A stretch of 64,000 nucleotides of DNA from the human T2T-CHM13v2.0 reference genome, Homo sapiens. Below the pieces are notes generated by a model that was not told where the DNA came from, made no database searches, and saw nothing but the letters and a program-made list of their open reading frames with translations. Each line of letters starts with the position of its first letter. The stretch's first letter is position 1. The translations under genes and the position numbers were made by a program. The stretch lies in the NCBI RefSeq assembly GCF_009914755.1, contig NC_060947.1. One strand, 5' to 3'. Below are positions 33,395 through 51,860 of the stretch, one piece after another.

Positions 33395-34880
33395 TAAACT
33401 TTCTATTTTGAGATGACTGTAGGTTCACATGCAATTGTCAGAAACGGCACATTGAGATATTATGTACCCTTTATCCAGTTTTTCTCAGTGGTGACATCTT
33501 ATTTACTGTACTATAGTATCACAACCAGGACGTTGCTACAACCTATTACTCTTGTCCAGATTTCCCAAGTTTTACCTGTAATCATTTGTTTCTGTTTATG
33601 TGTTCTATGTATTTCATTATATGCATTTTAAAAAGAAATAACAGATCTTTTTCACTAGAAGTTTTATGCAGTTGTAGCACTTGTAGTTCATGTATCCACC
33701 AACACAGTACAGAAACGTACTTTCACCACAAGGAATCTTTTGTAGCCATGCCTATCTCTTTTTTTTTTTTTTTTTTTTGAGATGGAGTTTCAACCTTGTC
33801 ATCCGGGCTTGAGTGCAGTGGTGCAATCTTGGCTAACTGCAACCTCTGCCTCCCAGGTTCAAGCAATTCTCCTGCCTCAGCCTCCTGAGTAGCTGGGATT
33901 ACAGGCACCTGCCACCAAGACCAGCTAATTTTTGTATTTTTAGTAGAGACAGGGTTTCACATGTTGGCCAGGCTGGTCTCAAACTCCTGATCTCAGGTGA
34001 TCCACTCCCTCGGCCTCCCAAAGTGCTGGGATTACAGGCATGAGCCACCGCACTGGGCTGCCATGCCTACCTCCTATATGCTCCATTCCCTAATGCCTGG
34101 TACCCACTAATCTGTTCCCTATCTCTATATTTTTGTCAAGAGTGTTATGTAAATAATCATACAGTTTATAACCTTTTAAGATTGGCTTTTTTTCACTAAG
34201 CAAAATTCCCAGGAGTTCATTCAAGTTATTGCATGAACCAATACCTGATTTCTTTTTTTTTTCTTTTTTGAGACAGTCTCATTCTGTCACCCAAGCTGGA
34301 GTGCAGTGATGTGATCACGGCTCACTGCAGCTTTGAACTCACTCAAGCGATCCTCCTACCTCAGCCTTCTGATTAGCTGGGACTACAAGCATGTGCTACC
34401 ACACCCAGCTAATTTTTAATTTTTTTGTAGAGACAGTGTCTCACTATGTTGCCCAGGCTGATCTTGAACCCCTGGGCTCAAGCAATCCTCCTTCCTCAGC
34501 CTCCCAAAGTGCTTGGATTATAAGCTTGAGCCACTGTGTCTGGCCCCTGATTTCTTGTTATTGCTGCATAGTATTCCATGGCATGGATGAATTATAATTT
34601 GTTTAATCATTAATCTGTTGAAGAATGCCAACAATGTATGAATGATACAGTTTTTCTGCTTATTTGCCAGCATGTGTGTTGTTAACTGTTTTTTAATTTT
34701 AGCTATTCTGATAGGTGTTTAGTGATATCTCATTGTGATTTTAATTTGCATTTCCCTTATGGCTAATGATGTTGATTGAGCATCTTTGTCGTGTGTTTGC
34801 AATCTATATATCCTTTTTGGTGAAATATCTATTCATATATTTTGCTCATTTTCTAATCGGATTGTTTGAGTTTTGAGAGG
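33395..34880 (-). mobile_element. Old L1M 3' fragments with two Alus (33759-34059, 34250-34545)
   Basis: L1MC/MD-like 3' sequence; 'tagtgatatctcattgtgattttaatttgcatttccc'. Confidence 0.65.
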
Positions 34881-34906
34881 CTTTTTTTTGGGACGGGGTC
34901 AATTTT

Positions 34907-35349
34907 GTATTGCTATAAAGAAATACCTGAGGCTGGGTAATTTACAAGAAAAGAGATTTAATTGGCTTACGGTTCTGCAGGCTGTACAGGAAGCATAGTG
35001 GCATCTACTTCTGGGGAGGCCTCAGGAAGCTTCCAATCATGTTGGAAGGCAAAGCAGGAGCCGGCATATCACATGGTGAGAATGGGGTGGCCAGGGCAGA
35101 GAGAGGGAAGTGTGTATGTGTGTGGAGAGACAGAGAGAGAGAGAAGAGAGCGCCACCACACACTTTTAAATGACCAGATCTCATGTGAACTCAGAGTGAG
35201 AGCCCACTTATCACCAAGGGGGTGGCCCAAGCCATTCACGAGGGATCTGTCCCCATGATCCAAACACCTCCCACCAGGCCCCACCTCTAACACTGGGGAT
35301 TAGATTTCAACATGAGATTTGGGTGAGGACAAATATACAAACTCTATCA
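34907..35349 (-). mobile_element. MST-type MaLR LTR
   Basis: 'gtattgctataaagaaatacctgaggctgggtaattt...ttcaacatgagatttggg...aaactctatca'. Confidence 0.8.
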
Positions 35350-35666
35350 GTTATACTGCATAGTTGATGAAGTCTGGGCTTTTAGTGTACCCATCACCCG
35401 AATTGTATACATTGTATCCAATAGGTACTTTCTCATCCTTCACCAACCTCCCACCCTCCTACCTTTTGGAGTCTTCTCCAATGTGTATTATTCCACCCTC
35501 ATTATAGAGTTTTGAAACCAGAAATCAGCATCTTGGGCTGCCTGAACTATTCTTAGATCACTTCTCTCACCAATTGGGGAAACTTACAGGACAGAAGAAG
35601 CCAGCTGACTTCTGTACATGTATATGGTTCTTGCCCAGGAGCCTCCATGTGATTCTAGAGCCAGTC

Positions 35667-35668
<2 letters not shown>

Positions 35669-35716
<48 letters not shown>
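35669..35716. repeat. (AC)24 microsatellite
   Basis: Perfect dinucleotide run. Confidence 0.97.
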
Positions 35717-35719
<3 letters not shown>

Positions 35720-36560
35720 AGGTACAACTGCCTCAGGAAGTCATGTTTTAAGGAATTCTTAAACTGCCCTCCTGAGTACCCCCAAATGTCTCTTGCTAAA
35801 GTTTAATCATGTCTGAACTTTCCAGCATCAGAATCATCTGTCTGGACTGAGGAATTCCAGAAGACCTCCCTAAAAATGCAGATGCGTCACTTATGAGGAT
35901 ATTCCATGATGAAGTTCGGCCCTGTGGGATTAGAATGATACCTTTTGATTTGAGATGTGTGAGAGGTCTGAAATGGTGCTCAATGCTAAGAAATAGGAAC
36001 TCCAGCTTACATTAAGAGGTGGGACAGGGAATGACCCTGCCCAGCCAGGTGTCAGCAGGAGATGCTGGGACTCAGAGAGGTGGGCCAGAAGGGGAGGAAA
36101 GAGCCAAAGGAGGAGTGGGGGCATGCTGAGTACAAACTTTGCCTATTTCATAAATATGCCTGGATCATGCCCTGGTGGGCCCCACTATTGAGTTGGGTAG
36201 CTAGATGCTTGTTGGCTTCTGCCTTATCTACCTACCAGAAAAACACTAAGTAAAAGCTTTGAAATTCAATTCAATAAAAAAGAGTTTATGAATCCAGTGT
36301 ACTTAGCCAAAATGAGGGATAAGGATGACTTCTGGTTGCAGGAGGGCTTTATTCTTTGTTTAGTTTCCTCTTCTTTTGTGCTTCCCCTTTCTCCTCAAAG
36401 GCAAGCCATCACGGAGGTCCTAAGGAACTCAATTGTCAAGTATTGAACACTGCCAGTTTCTATAAGGAAGGGAGTCAGTCTGAGGTAGGAGGATTTAACC
36501 TGGAGCTGAAGGCAATAGGACAATCTTTGCACACTGCATCCAGAAGTAAGCATCCCTTCT

Positions 36561-37180
<620 letters not shown>

Positions 37181-38465
37181 CACCAGTGTTATTTTATAGC
37201 TCCCCTCCCAACTACAGACATATACAACTAATGAAGTAAGGGTGTGTATGTCCAGCAACACAGCTAATTTCTGTCAATTGGCCAATGCTCAACAATTGAC
37301 AAATTAGTAGACTGTGCTTGAGTTGACACTTTTACAATCCAGTGCTTCATAAAACAGATGGCTGCTTGTTTTATTCATATATAAGTGGCTCTTAGTGCAT
37401 CAAAAGGATGTTTAAAACAACAAAAGAACAATCAAAAGCACAATTTGTCACCTCGATTCTTAACAGATTCAAGCCGTATAATGATACGAGCCTTTGGTTA
37501 AACAAGCAAAATGACAGATTGCCAGCAGAGGTATTGAGGCAGGCACAGTCCCATTCCTGATGGGTTCTGGCCATGACACCTGTACACCAAGCAGGTGTGT
37601 TTACGTGTGCCCCAGGAAGTGGGAGATCTGAGCATTAGGATATTCCAGACCTCTTCACATTAGTAGTCATAAAGGAAGTGCAATTTGAGGAAGAGCAGAA
37701 ATAAAATACACTCAGGAAGCTAGTAAGGCATTCTGAGACCCAAATGAGAACGGGAAAGAAATGCATCTTTAGTGCTGATGCAGTCAGGAGCCTTTCATGT
37801 TGAGCCTTTCACAAATGAGGTGTGAACATTTTCAACTGAGGTAACAACCTCTCCTCCATTTTTGTTGATCTAATTTTCCATTTCAGTTGCTCCTTCTCTG
37901 TACCCAGCCCCACTGTGGGACTGCACGCTAATTATCTCATGGTGGTTATACCATCTGCTGAAAAAGCTGGCAGCTGGGCAATCACCGTCTTCCAAAATTG
38001 TGGCCTCCCTCTACCTGCCCTGGTACAAAAAACAGAAGGCAGTGTGTTGACCCCTGTACCCTGCTCCAGGGACTGCATCAGCTTCACAGATTGGAACAGA
38101 AACCTAGAACTTAACCCGTTCTCCAAGCTGGAGCCTCCTGTGGGGTTCCGTACTGAGGTTTTGGGACTCAGCCTATGTCTACACATTGCCTAGGTGGTGG
38201 ACCCGATGACACGGTCAATATGGTGAAAGTAATTGAGAAGAGTACCAGACGTGTGGTTTGTGATCCAAGGTCTGAGGTAAAGGAACTAGTTAATTTCTTG
38301 GCCACTGCTTTTACCTCTATCAGTAGCCACCTGGGTACACATGATAGCTGTTTGGTCACAAGAGTGTGAGAGAGTATGGATGATTCAGAATAATCTCATC
38401 CTCAATGCTAGCAAAAGAACTGAAAGGACATGGCTTATTCATAGATCAGTTGTACCATCTTTTCA

Positions 38466-39979
<1,514 letters not shown>

Positions 39980-41005
39980 TCTCTTAACATTTTATGACAA
40001 CTGTGAGAGAGGTAATGAAGAGAGAACAATATTCACTATCTCCTCAAAAATTAGCAGGGTTGAGGAGTAAACCTTGATTTTATCAGGAAAAAAAGTGGTT
40101 TGTTTCCCTCTTTTGAGCCATTGATTTGCTCTCAAGGGGACACACCCTTACTGTTGTACAGCTGAGCACTGATATTAATAGCAAGAGGTCAATCACATTT
40201 TCCCCTATAACTCTCACTTCCTTTTACTTACCATATTTTGTGACTGGGTTTTTGGGGTTTTCTTCTATTGTCATGACCTTGAAAAGAATATAGTCAGCTT
40301 CTACCCATTTGTATTAATGTAGGAGAGCAGTGATACAGCTACAAGAAAAGTGTAGATAAACCAAATGTCAAAGAATCATAGGCTGCTCCAATTTCTATGG
40401 CTGGAAGAGCCATAGAAATAACAGAAGCCAGTTCATCACTTTTATGTTTGGAGAAATAGAAACCCAGAGAGAGAAGGTGGCAAATCTCATGACTCCTGTT
40501 CCTGTTCTCTTTCCAGAATATGATATATGACTTTATTGCCACACACTTTCCTTTCTAATTATGATTTGTAAAGGTTATCAGTTGGCATTCCTGGGACATG
40601 TAGCCAATTTGATGTTAAAAAAATAGATCCAGAGCCATACAAATGGTAGGGAAATGTAGGCCCAAATTAAACATTAATCCTGAACAATCAGATCCAGAGT
40701 CGACTCTAGCTTTCATTGTTAAGTGCTGGCTTTCTCCTAGGTTCTGTCCTTGGCCCTCTTTTCTTCTATTTAGAGTAGCTCTACATCCAGGGTTGGTCTA
40801 TCTGGCAAACGTAAGACTAAGTCTGAATTAGCCCCTCCTGCCCCCTGGCAACTTCCATCATATTCTTTGCCTTTATAAATTTATGAATTTGATTATCTTC
40901 TATTCCAAAGAGGAGTGAGATCATGCAGCTTCTCTCTTCTGTGTCTTGTTTATTTCACTTAGTATAATGTTTCCAGCTCCATCCATGTTGTCGAAAATGG
41001 CAGAA

Positions 41006-41363
41006 TTTCCTTCTTCTTCTTTTTCCTCTTCCTCCCCTTCCCCTTCCCCTTCTTCTTCTTCTCCTTCTTCTTCTTCTTCTTCTTCTTCTTCTTCTTCTTC
41101 TTCTTCTTCTTCTTCTTCTTCTTCTTCCTCTTCCTCTTCCTCTTCTTCTTCTTCCTCTTCCTCTTCTTCTTCTTCTTCTTCTTCTTCTTCTTCTCCTCCT
41201 CCTTCTCCTCCTCCTCCTCCTCCTCCTCCTCCTCCTCCTCCTCCTCCTCTTCTTCTTCTTCTTCTTCTTCTTCTTCTTCTTCTTCTTCTTCTTCTTCTTC
41301 TTCTTCTTCTTCTTCTTCTTCTTCTTCTTCTTCTTCTTCTCCCTCTTCTCCTTCTTCTTCTTC
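41006..41363. repeat. Compound (TTC)n/(TCC)n microsatellite, tail of a minus-strand AluJ (to 41601)
   Basis: 358 nt with no purine; 31 uninterrupted TCT units at 41248-41340. Confidence 0.97.
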
Positions 41364-41585
41364 GACAGTGTCTCGCTCTGCAGCCTCAGTCTCCTGGGCT
41401 CAAGTGATCCTCCTGCCTCAGCCTCCCGAGTAGCTGGGACTATAGGTGTGTACCACCACACCTGGCTAATTTTTTGATTTTTTATAGACACAAGGTCTCA
41501 TTATGTTGCCCAGGCTGATCTCAAACTCCTGAGCTCAAGCAGTACTCCTAGCTCAGCCTCCCAAAGTGCCGGATTGCAGGTGTGA

Positions 41586-41764
41586 GCCACTGCACCCAGC
41601 CTTTCCTTCTTTTTTGAGGTTGAATAATATTCCATTATATATCTATACACCACATTTTCTTTATCCATTCATTCTGCCACTGCACCCAGCCTTTCCTTCT
41701 TTTTTGAGGCTGAATAATATTCCATTATATATCTATGCACCACAGTTTCTTTATCCATTCATTC
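41586..41764. repeat. 90-bp tandem duplication
   Basis: 41586-41675 repeated at 41676-41764 with 3 internal mismatches. Confidence 0.95.
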
Positions 41765-43678
41765 ATCAAAGGACATTTAGGTTTTTTCTACACCTTGGCT
41801 ACTGTGAATAATGCGGCAGTGAACATGGAAATGTAGCTATCTCGTCAAGATGCTGATTTCATTTCCTTTGGGTGTATACCCAGAAGCAGGATTGCTGGAT
41901 CATATGGTAGTTTTGTTTTTAATTTTTTGAGGAACCTTCATACTATTTTCCATAATGACTGTACTAATATACATTTTTGCCAGCAGTGTACAAGAGTTCT
42001 CTTTTTTCCACATCCTCACCAACACATAACTTTTCTCTTTTTGATAGTAGCCATTCGTTCTAACAGGTGTGAGGTGACATCTCATTGTGGTTTTGATTTT
42101 CCTTTCCCTGATTAGAGATATTGAGAATCATTTAATATACCTATTAGCAATTTTAATTTCTTTTCTTGAGAAGTGTCTATTTAGGTCCTTTGCCCACTTT
42201 TTAATTGGCTTATTTGTGTTTTTGGCATTGAGCTATACAGGTTCCTTATATATTTTGGGTATTAATCCCTTATTGGATATATAGTTTGCAAATATTTTCT
42301 CCCATTCTGTATGTTGCCTTTGCATTTTGTTGATTGTTTCCTTTGCTGTGCAGAAGATTTTTAGTTTGATGAAGACTCGCTTGTCTATTTTTCTTTTGTT
42401 GCCTGTGCTTTTGCTGTCATATCAAAAAGTCATTGCCAAGACCAATGTCAAAAAGGCTTTTCTCTGTTTTCTTCTAGAGTTTTGTGGTTTCAGATCTTAT
42501 GTTTAAGCAATCCATTTTGAGTTGATTTGGTATATGGTGTGAGCTAGGGGTCTTAGTCTTTTTCTGATGCTGTAACAGAATACCAAAGATTGGATAATTT
42601 ATAAACAATAGTTTATTTGACTCATGGTCTGGAAGCTGGGAAGTCAAAGAGCATGGCACCTGCATCTGGCAATGGCCCTCGTGCTCTATTATCTCATGGC
42701 AGAAGGGCAAGACAGAAAATAAGGGGACTGAACTCCCACAATAACTACATACTCCATTGATAGCAGCATTAATCAATCCATGAAGTTGAAGCCCTTATGT
42801 CCTAATCATCTCTTAAGATCCCACTTCTTAATACTCTGACAATGGCAATTAAATTTCAACATGAGTTTTGGAGGGAACATTCAAATTATAGCAGGGTCCA
42901 ATTTCATTCTTCTGCATGTGAATATCCAGTTTCCCCAACACCGTTTGTTGAAGAGACTGTCTTTTCCTCATTGTGTATTCTTGGCACCCTTGTTGAAGAT
43001 CCGTTAACCATAAATGAATGGGTTTATTTCTGGGCCCTCTATTCTGTTCCATTGGTCTATATGTCTGTTTTTCTGTCATTACTATACTGTTTTGATTGCT
43101 ATAGCTGTGTAATATAATTTGAAGTCAGGGAGTATGATGCTTCTAGCTTCTTGTATGATTGCTTTGGCTATTTGGTGTCCTATACGAATTTTAGGATTCC
43201 TTTTCCTATTTCTGTAAAAAATAATTGGGATTTTGGTAGGGATTGCATTGAATCTGTAGATTGCTTTGGCTACTATGGACATTTTAACAATATTAATTCT
43301 GCCAGTCTGTGAACAGGGGATGTCTTTCCATTTGTTTGTGTGTTTTAAAATTTCCTCCATCAATGTTTTATAATTTCTAGTATACAAATTTTTCACCTCT
43401 TTGGCTAAATTAATTCCTAAGGATTTTATTCTTTTTGTTGCTAATATAAATGGGATTTTTTTAAATTTGCATTTCAGATAGTTTGTTGTTAGTTTATGGA
43501 AATAACATTAATTTTTTAACTTTTATTTTAGGTCCAGGAGTATATGTGCAGATTTCTTATTTAGGCAAATTGTGTGTGGTGGGCATTTGGTGTACAGATT
43601 ATTTTGTCGCCTAGGTAATAAGCATAGTACCTAATAGGTAGGTTTTTGATCCTCACCTTCCTCCCACCCTCCATTTTC

Positions 43679-43837
43679 TTTTTTTTTTTATGAACATGGA
43701 ATATGTCTCCATTTATTTGGTTTTTCTTTTTTTTTAAATTATACTTTAAGTTCTAGGGTACATGTGCACAACGTGCAGGTTTGTTACACATGTATACATG
43801 TGCCATGTTACCTAATGTAAATGACGAGTTAATGGGT
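43679..43837 (-). mobile_element. Short L1PA3/4-like insertion with 5' inversion and 3' transduction
   Basis: 15-bp TSD ccaccctccattttc at 43664-43678 and 43838-43852; L1PA 3' end 43736-43809; inverted piece 43810-43837; extra 37 nt between two poly(T) runs. Confidence 0.85.
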
Positions 43838-44022
43838 CCACCCTCCATTTTCAAATAGGCTCTAGTGTCTGTTGTTCTCTTCTTTGTGTCCATGTGCACT
43901 CCATGTTTAGCTCACACTTATAAGTGAGGACATGCGGTATTTGGTTTTCTCTTCCTGCATTAGTTTGCTTAGGATAATGGCCTTCAGCTCCATTCACGTT
44001 GCTGCAAAGGACATGATTTTGG

Positions 44023-44978
<956 letters not shown>

Positions 44979-45899
44979 AGTCTTGTTCTTTTTACGGCTG
45001 TACCCCATAGTATATATGTACCACATTTTCCATGGTATATATGTACCATATTTTCTTTATCCATTCTACCATTGATGGGCATTTAGGTTGATTCCTCTTT
45101 TCTATTGTGAGTAGTGTTGCAGCGAACATACGTGAGAAATGACACTAATTTTTGCATATTGGTTCTGTATACTGTAACTTTACCAAGTTTATTTATTAGT
45201 TCTAGCAGTTATTTTGGTAGCATTTTTAGGGTTTTCTGCATATATGATCATGTCATCAGGATATATAAATCATTATATTTCTCTTCTTATTTGGATGTCT
45301 TTTATTTCTTTCTCTTGCCTAACTGTTCTGGCTAAGATTTCCAGTACTGTGTTGAATAGCAGGACAAGAGTGGGCATTCTTGTCTTGTTCCATATCTTAG
45401 AGGAAAAACTTTCAGTTTTTCTCCACTGCTTATGATGCTTGTGATGGTTTTTAATATTTGGGCTTTATTGTGTTAAGGTAAGCTCCTTCTATACCTATTT
45501 TGTTGAGGGTTTTTATCATGAAGGGATGTTGAATTTTGTAAAATACTTTCTTTGTGTCTATTGAAATGATCATATGGTTCTGCTTTCATCTTATTAATGT
45601 GGTGTATCACATTGGTTGATTTGATATATTTGTATATTGAACCATCCTTGCGTCCCACTAGGGTTTTTGCATCTACGTTCATTGAGGATATTGGCCTATA
45701 GTTTTTTTTACTTGTGATGTCTTGTCTGGCTCATGGTATCAGGGTGATGCTGGCCTTATAAAATGAGTTTGGAAGTGTTCCTTCTTCCATTTTTTGGAAG
45801 AGTTTAAGAAATTTTGGTATTAATTATTCTTTGAGTGTTTTGTAGAATTTTCCAGAAGCTTGTCTAGTCCTGGACTTTTCTTTGTTGGAAGCTTTTTGA

Positions 45900-46122
<223 letters not shown>

Positions 46123-47326
46123 TAGCCAGGATGGTCTTGATCTCCTGACCTCATGATCCGCCCACCTCGGCCTCCCAAAGTGTTGGGATTACAGGCGTGA
46201 GCCACTGCTCCCGGCCTTATCTCTTTGTTTCTTATTGGTCTCTTCAGACTTTCTATTTCTTCTTGATTCAGTCTTGGTAAGTTGTGTGTTTCTAGCAATG
46301 TATTCATTTTTTCTAGGTTATTCAATATGTTGTTCATAATAGTCCCCTATGATCCATTTTCTGCATCATCCATTGTAATGTCTCCACTGTCATTTCTGAT
46401 GTTCTTTTTTCTTTCTCTTTTTTTTCTGTCACTGTCCACCTAGAGATACATTTCTGATTCTATTAATTTGTGTTTTCTCTTTTTTTTCTTAGTGTAAGTT
46501 TGTTGATTTTATCTTATTGATTGCCTGTTTCATTCCACTGCTGTCTGAGAAGATACTTGGTATGATTTCAATATTCTTAAATTTGTTAAGACTCATTTTG
46601 TGACCTAACATGTGATCTATCCTGCAGAATGTTCCATGTGCACTAAAGAGGAATATGTATTCTGCTGCTCTTGGGTAGAGAATTCTGTATATGTCTGTTG
46701 GGTCCATTTAGTCTATAGTGTTGTTCAAGTAAGCTGTTTTTTAATTGATTTTCTGCCTGGATGTTCTATCCATTATTAAAAGTGGGGTATTGAAGTTTCC
46801 TACTGTTATTGTAGTGCTGTCAATTCCTCCCTTCAGATCTGTCAATATTTGTTTTAAATATTTAGGTGCTCTGATGCTGGGTGCATATATATTTTTAATT
46901 ATTATATTTTCCTGCAGAGTTGATCCTTTTATCATTACATAATGACCTTATTTGTCTCTAGTGACAGTTTTTGACTTAAAGCCTATTTTGTCTATGTAAG
47001 TATAGCCACCCATGTTCAATTTTGGTTATGATTTGTATGGAATATCTTTTTCCTCATTCCTTCACTTTCAGCTTATGTGTGTTTTTATATCTAATGTCAG
47101 TGTCTTGTAAATAGCATATCACTGCATCTTGTTTCTTATTCATTCAGCCACTCTATGCCTTTAGATTGGAGAATTTAGTCCATTAACATTGAAAATAATT
47201 ATTGGCACATAAGGACTTACTATTGCTATTTTATTATTTTTTATCTGTTTTGCAGTTCTTTCATTTCTCTCTTGCTGTCATCTTTTGTTATGTAATTGTT
47301 TTTGTAGTTTATCATCTACTGATTGA

Positions 47327-49227
<1,901 letters not shown>

Positions 49228-49535
49228 CTCACCTGGCTAACTCTTATTCATCTTCTGTGACTCAGCTCCAGGCATCAGTCCTTCCAAAAAGCTTTCCTGT
49301 AACCTCATTTGGAGTTAAGCTTATTCATTTTATCTAACACTGGTGTAGTGTAGTGCTTACTCTGTGTCAGGAATTATATTCTAAGCACATTTAATCCTCA
49401 CAACTCTATGAATTAAGTTTTGTTATTATCTTGATTTTCAGATGAGGAAACTGAGGCACATAGAGGTTTAAGTTGCCCATGTTCACATAATTTGTAAGTG
49501 GCAAATCCACACTTCAGATCCAGGCTGTCTGGCTT

Positions 49536-50869
49536 TGAAACTGCCTTTGCAAAAATTTTAACAGTGAGAAAAGTATGGCAGTGGGGGAGATCTGATCTAG
49601 CCAATCCCCATCTTGCCTTTAGCCTTCAAGCTACCCTTAATTATTCCTGGGCTTGGGCCAAGCTAACTTTGGGAGATATTTAGTTTATAGTTTATTTTTA
49701 TTTTGAGACACAGTCTTGCTCTGTCACCCAGGCTGGAGTGCAGTGGTGCGATCTCAGCTCACTGCAAACTCTGCCTCCTAGGTGCAAGTGATTCTCGTGC
49801 CTCAGCCTCCTGAGTAGCTGGTACTACAGGCGTGCACCACCACACCTGGCTAATTTTTGCATTTTTAGTAGAGGCAGGGTTTCGCCATGTTGGCCAGGCT
49901 GGTCTGGAACTCCTGGCCTCAAGTGATCTGCCCACCTCAGCCTCCCAAAGTTCTGGGATTACAAATGTGTGCTACCACGCTGGGCCTATAGTTTAAATGC
50001 TAATAGCCCTTACCCAAAACTCAACTGCCTTTTAAAAGCTAATGAGAGACCACCAGGTTAGGAGGATAAAGGAGCCGAATTCTGCCAAAGTGTAGACATA
50101 AACGATTGGTAACCATTATTCCAGAGGTCACCAGATACGCAACTTCCCCATTTACTCTGCAGATAACATCACTATTGTAGAACCTAAGATTGGCTTTTTG
50201 AGATATCATTTCAGGGTTTTCGCGTGTCTGAAGGACTGATGGCTCCACCTGAACCTGCCAACCACTCCTGTGGCCTCAACCAAAAGTGACTCAGTGCGCA
50301 TGAGGACCATTTCCCATACCCCCATGTTTGTACCACCAACCAATCAGCAGCAAGCACCCATTACTTAGCTACCCCCATCCCTTCTTCTAAACTGTCTTTG
50401 AAAAACCCTAGCCCCCAAATTATCAGGGAGACTGATTGCAATGATGACTCCATTTCCCACATGGCATGGCTAGCCTCATATCTATTAAATTCTTTTTTTG
50501 GGGGGGGGGCGGGTAGAGGGTCTCACTCTGTCATCCAGGCTGAGTGCAGTGGTGCAATCATGGCTCACTGCAGCCTTAAACTCCCAGGCTCAAGAGATCC
50601 TCCCACCTTAGCCTCCTGAGTAGCTGGGACCACAGGTGTGAGCCACCACACCCTGCTAATTTTTGTATTTTTTGTAGAGACAGGGTCTCGCCATGTTGCC
50701 AAGGCTGGTCTCCAACTCTTGGGCTTAAGTGATCCACCTGCCTTGGCCTCCCAAAGTGCTGGGACTACAGGCGTAAGCCACTGTGCCTGGCCTAAACTCT
50801 TTCTCTATTGCAATGCCGTGGTCTGGTTTTGTCTGTGCTGTGGGCAGAAGAACCCATCAGGCAGTTATA
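49536..50869 (+). mobile_element. Solo LTR8A/8B-like ERV1 LTR with two internal Alus, inserted in a MIR
   Basis: Starts tgaaactgcctttgcaaaa; about 730 bp after removing Alus at ~49691-49987 and ~50493-50792; TSD GCTT at 49532-49535 and 50870-50873; MIR sequence on both sides. Confidence 0.8.
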
Positions 50870-51039
50870 GCTTTGGAGTCTGTGCTCTAAATCCATATGC
50901 AGTGCTACTTCCCAAGGGCACATCCTCTGTATTCCGGCATGCTTCTATCTTAGCATTTAGCATAATAATTAGAAAATGCGTCATTTCATATGTGCCTGCT
51001 AGTCTACCATGAGGCTCTTAAAATGTATTAATATCTAAG

Positions 51040-51860
<821 letters not shown>

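Noticed and set aside
35906-35971. C/D-box snoRNA-like spacing (ATGATGA ... CTGA)
   Set aside because: Terminal stem is weak, there are no clear C'/D' boxes and no recognised guide sequence or host intron; probably chance. A snoscan or Rfam search would settle it.
40946-41491. Poly-Ser/Pro/Leu (+) and poly-Lys/Arg (-) ORFs of 153 and 178 aa
   Set aside because: Translations of the TTC/TCC microsatellite plus Alu; no evidence of coding function.
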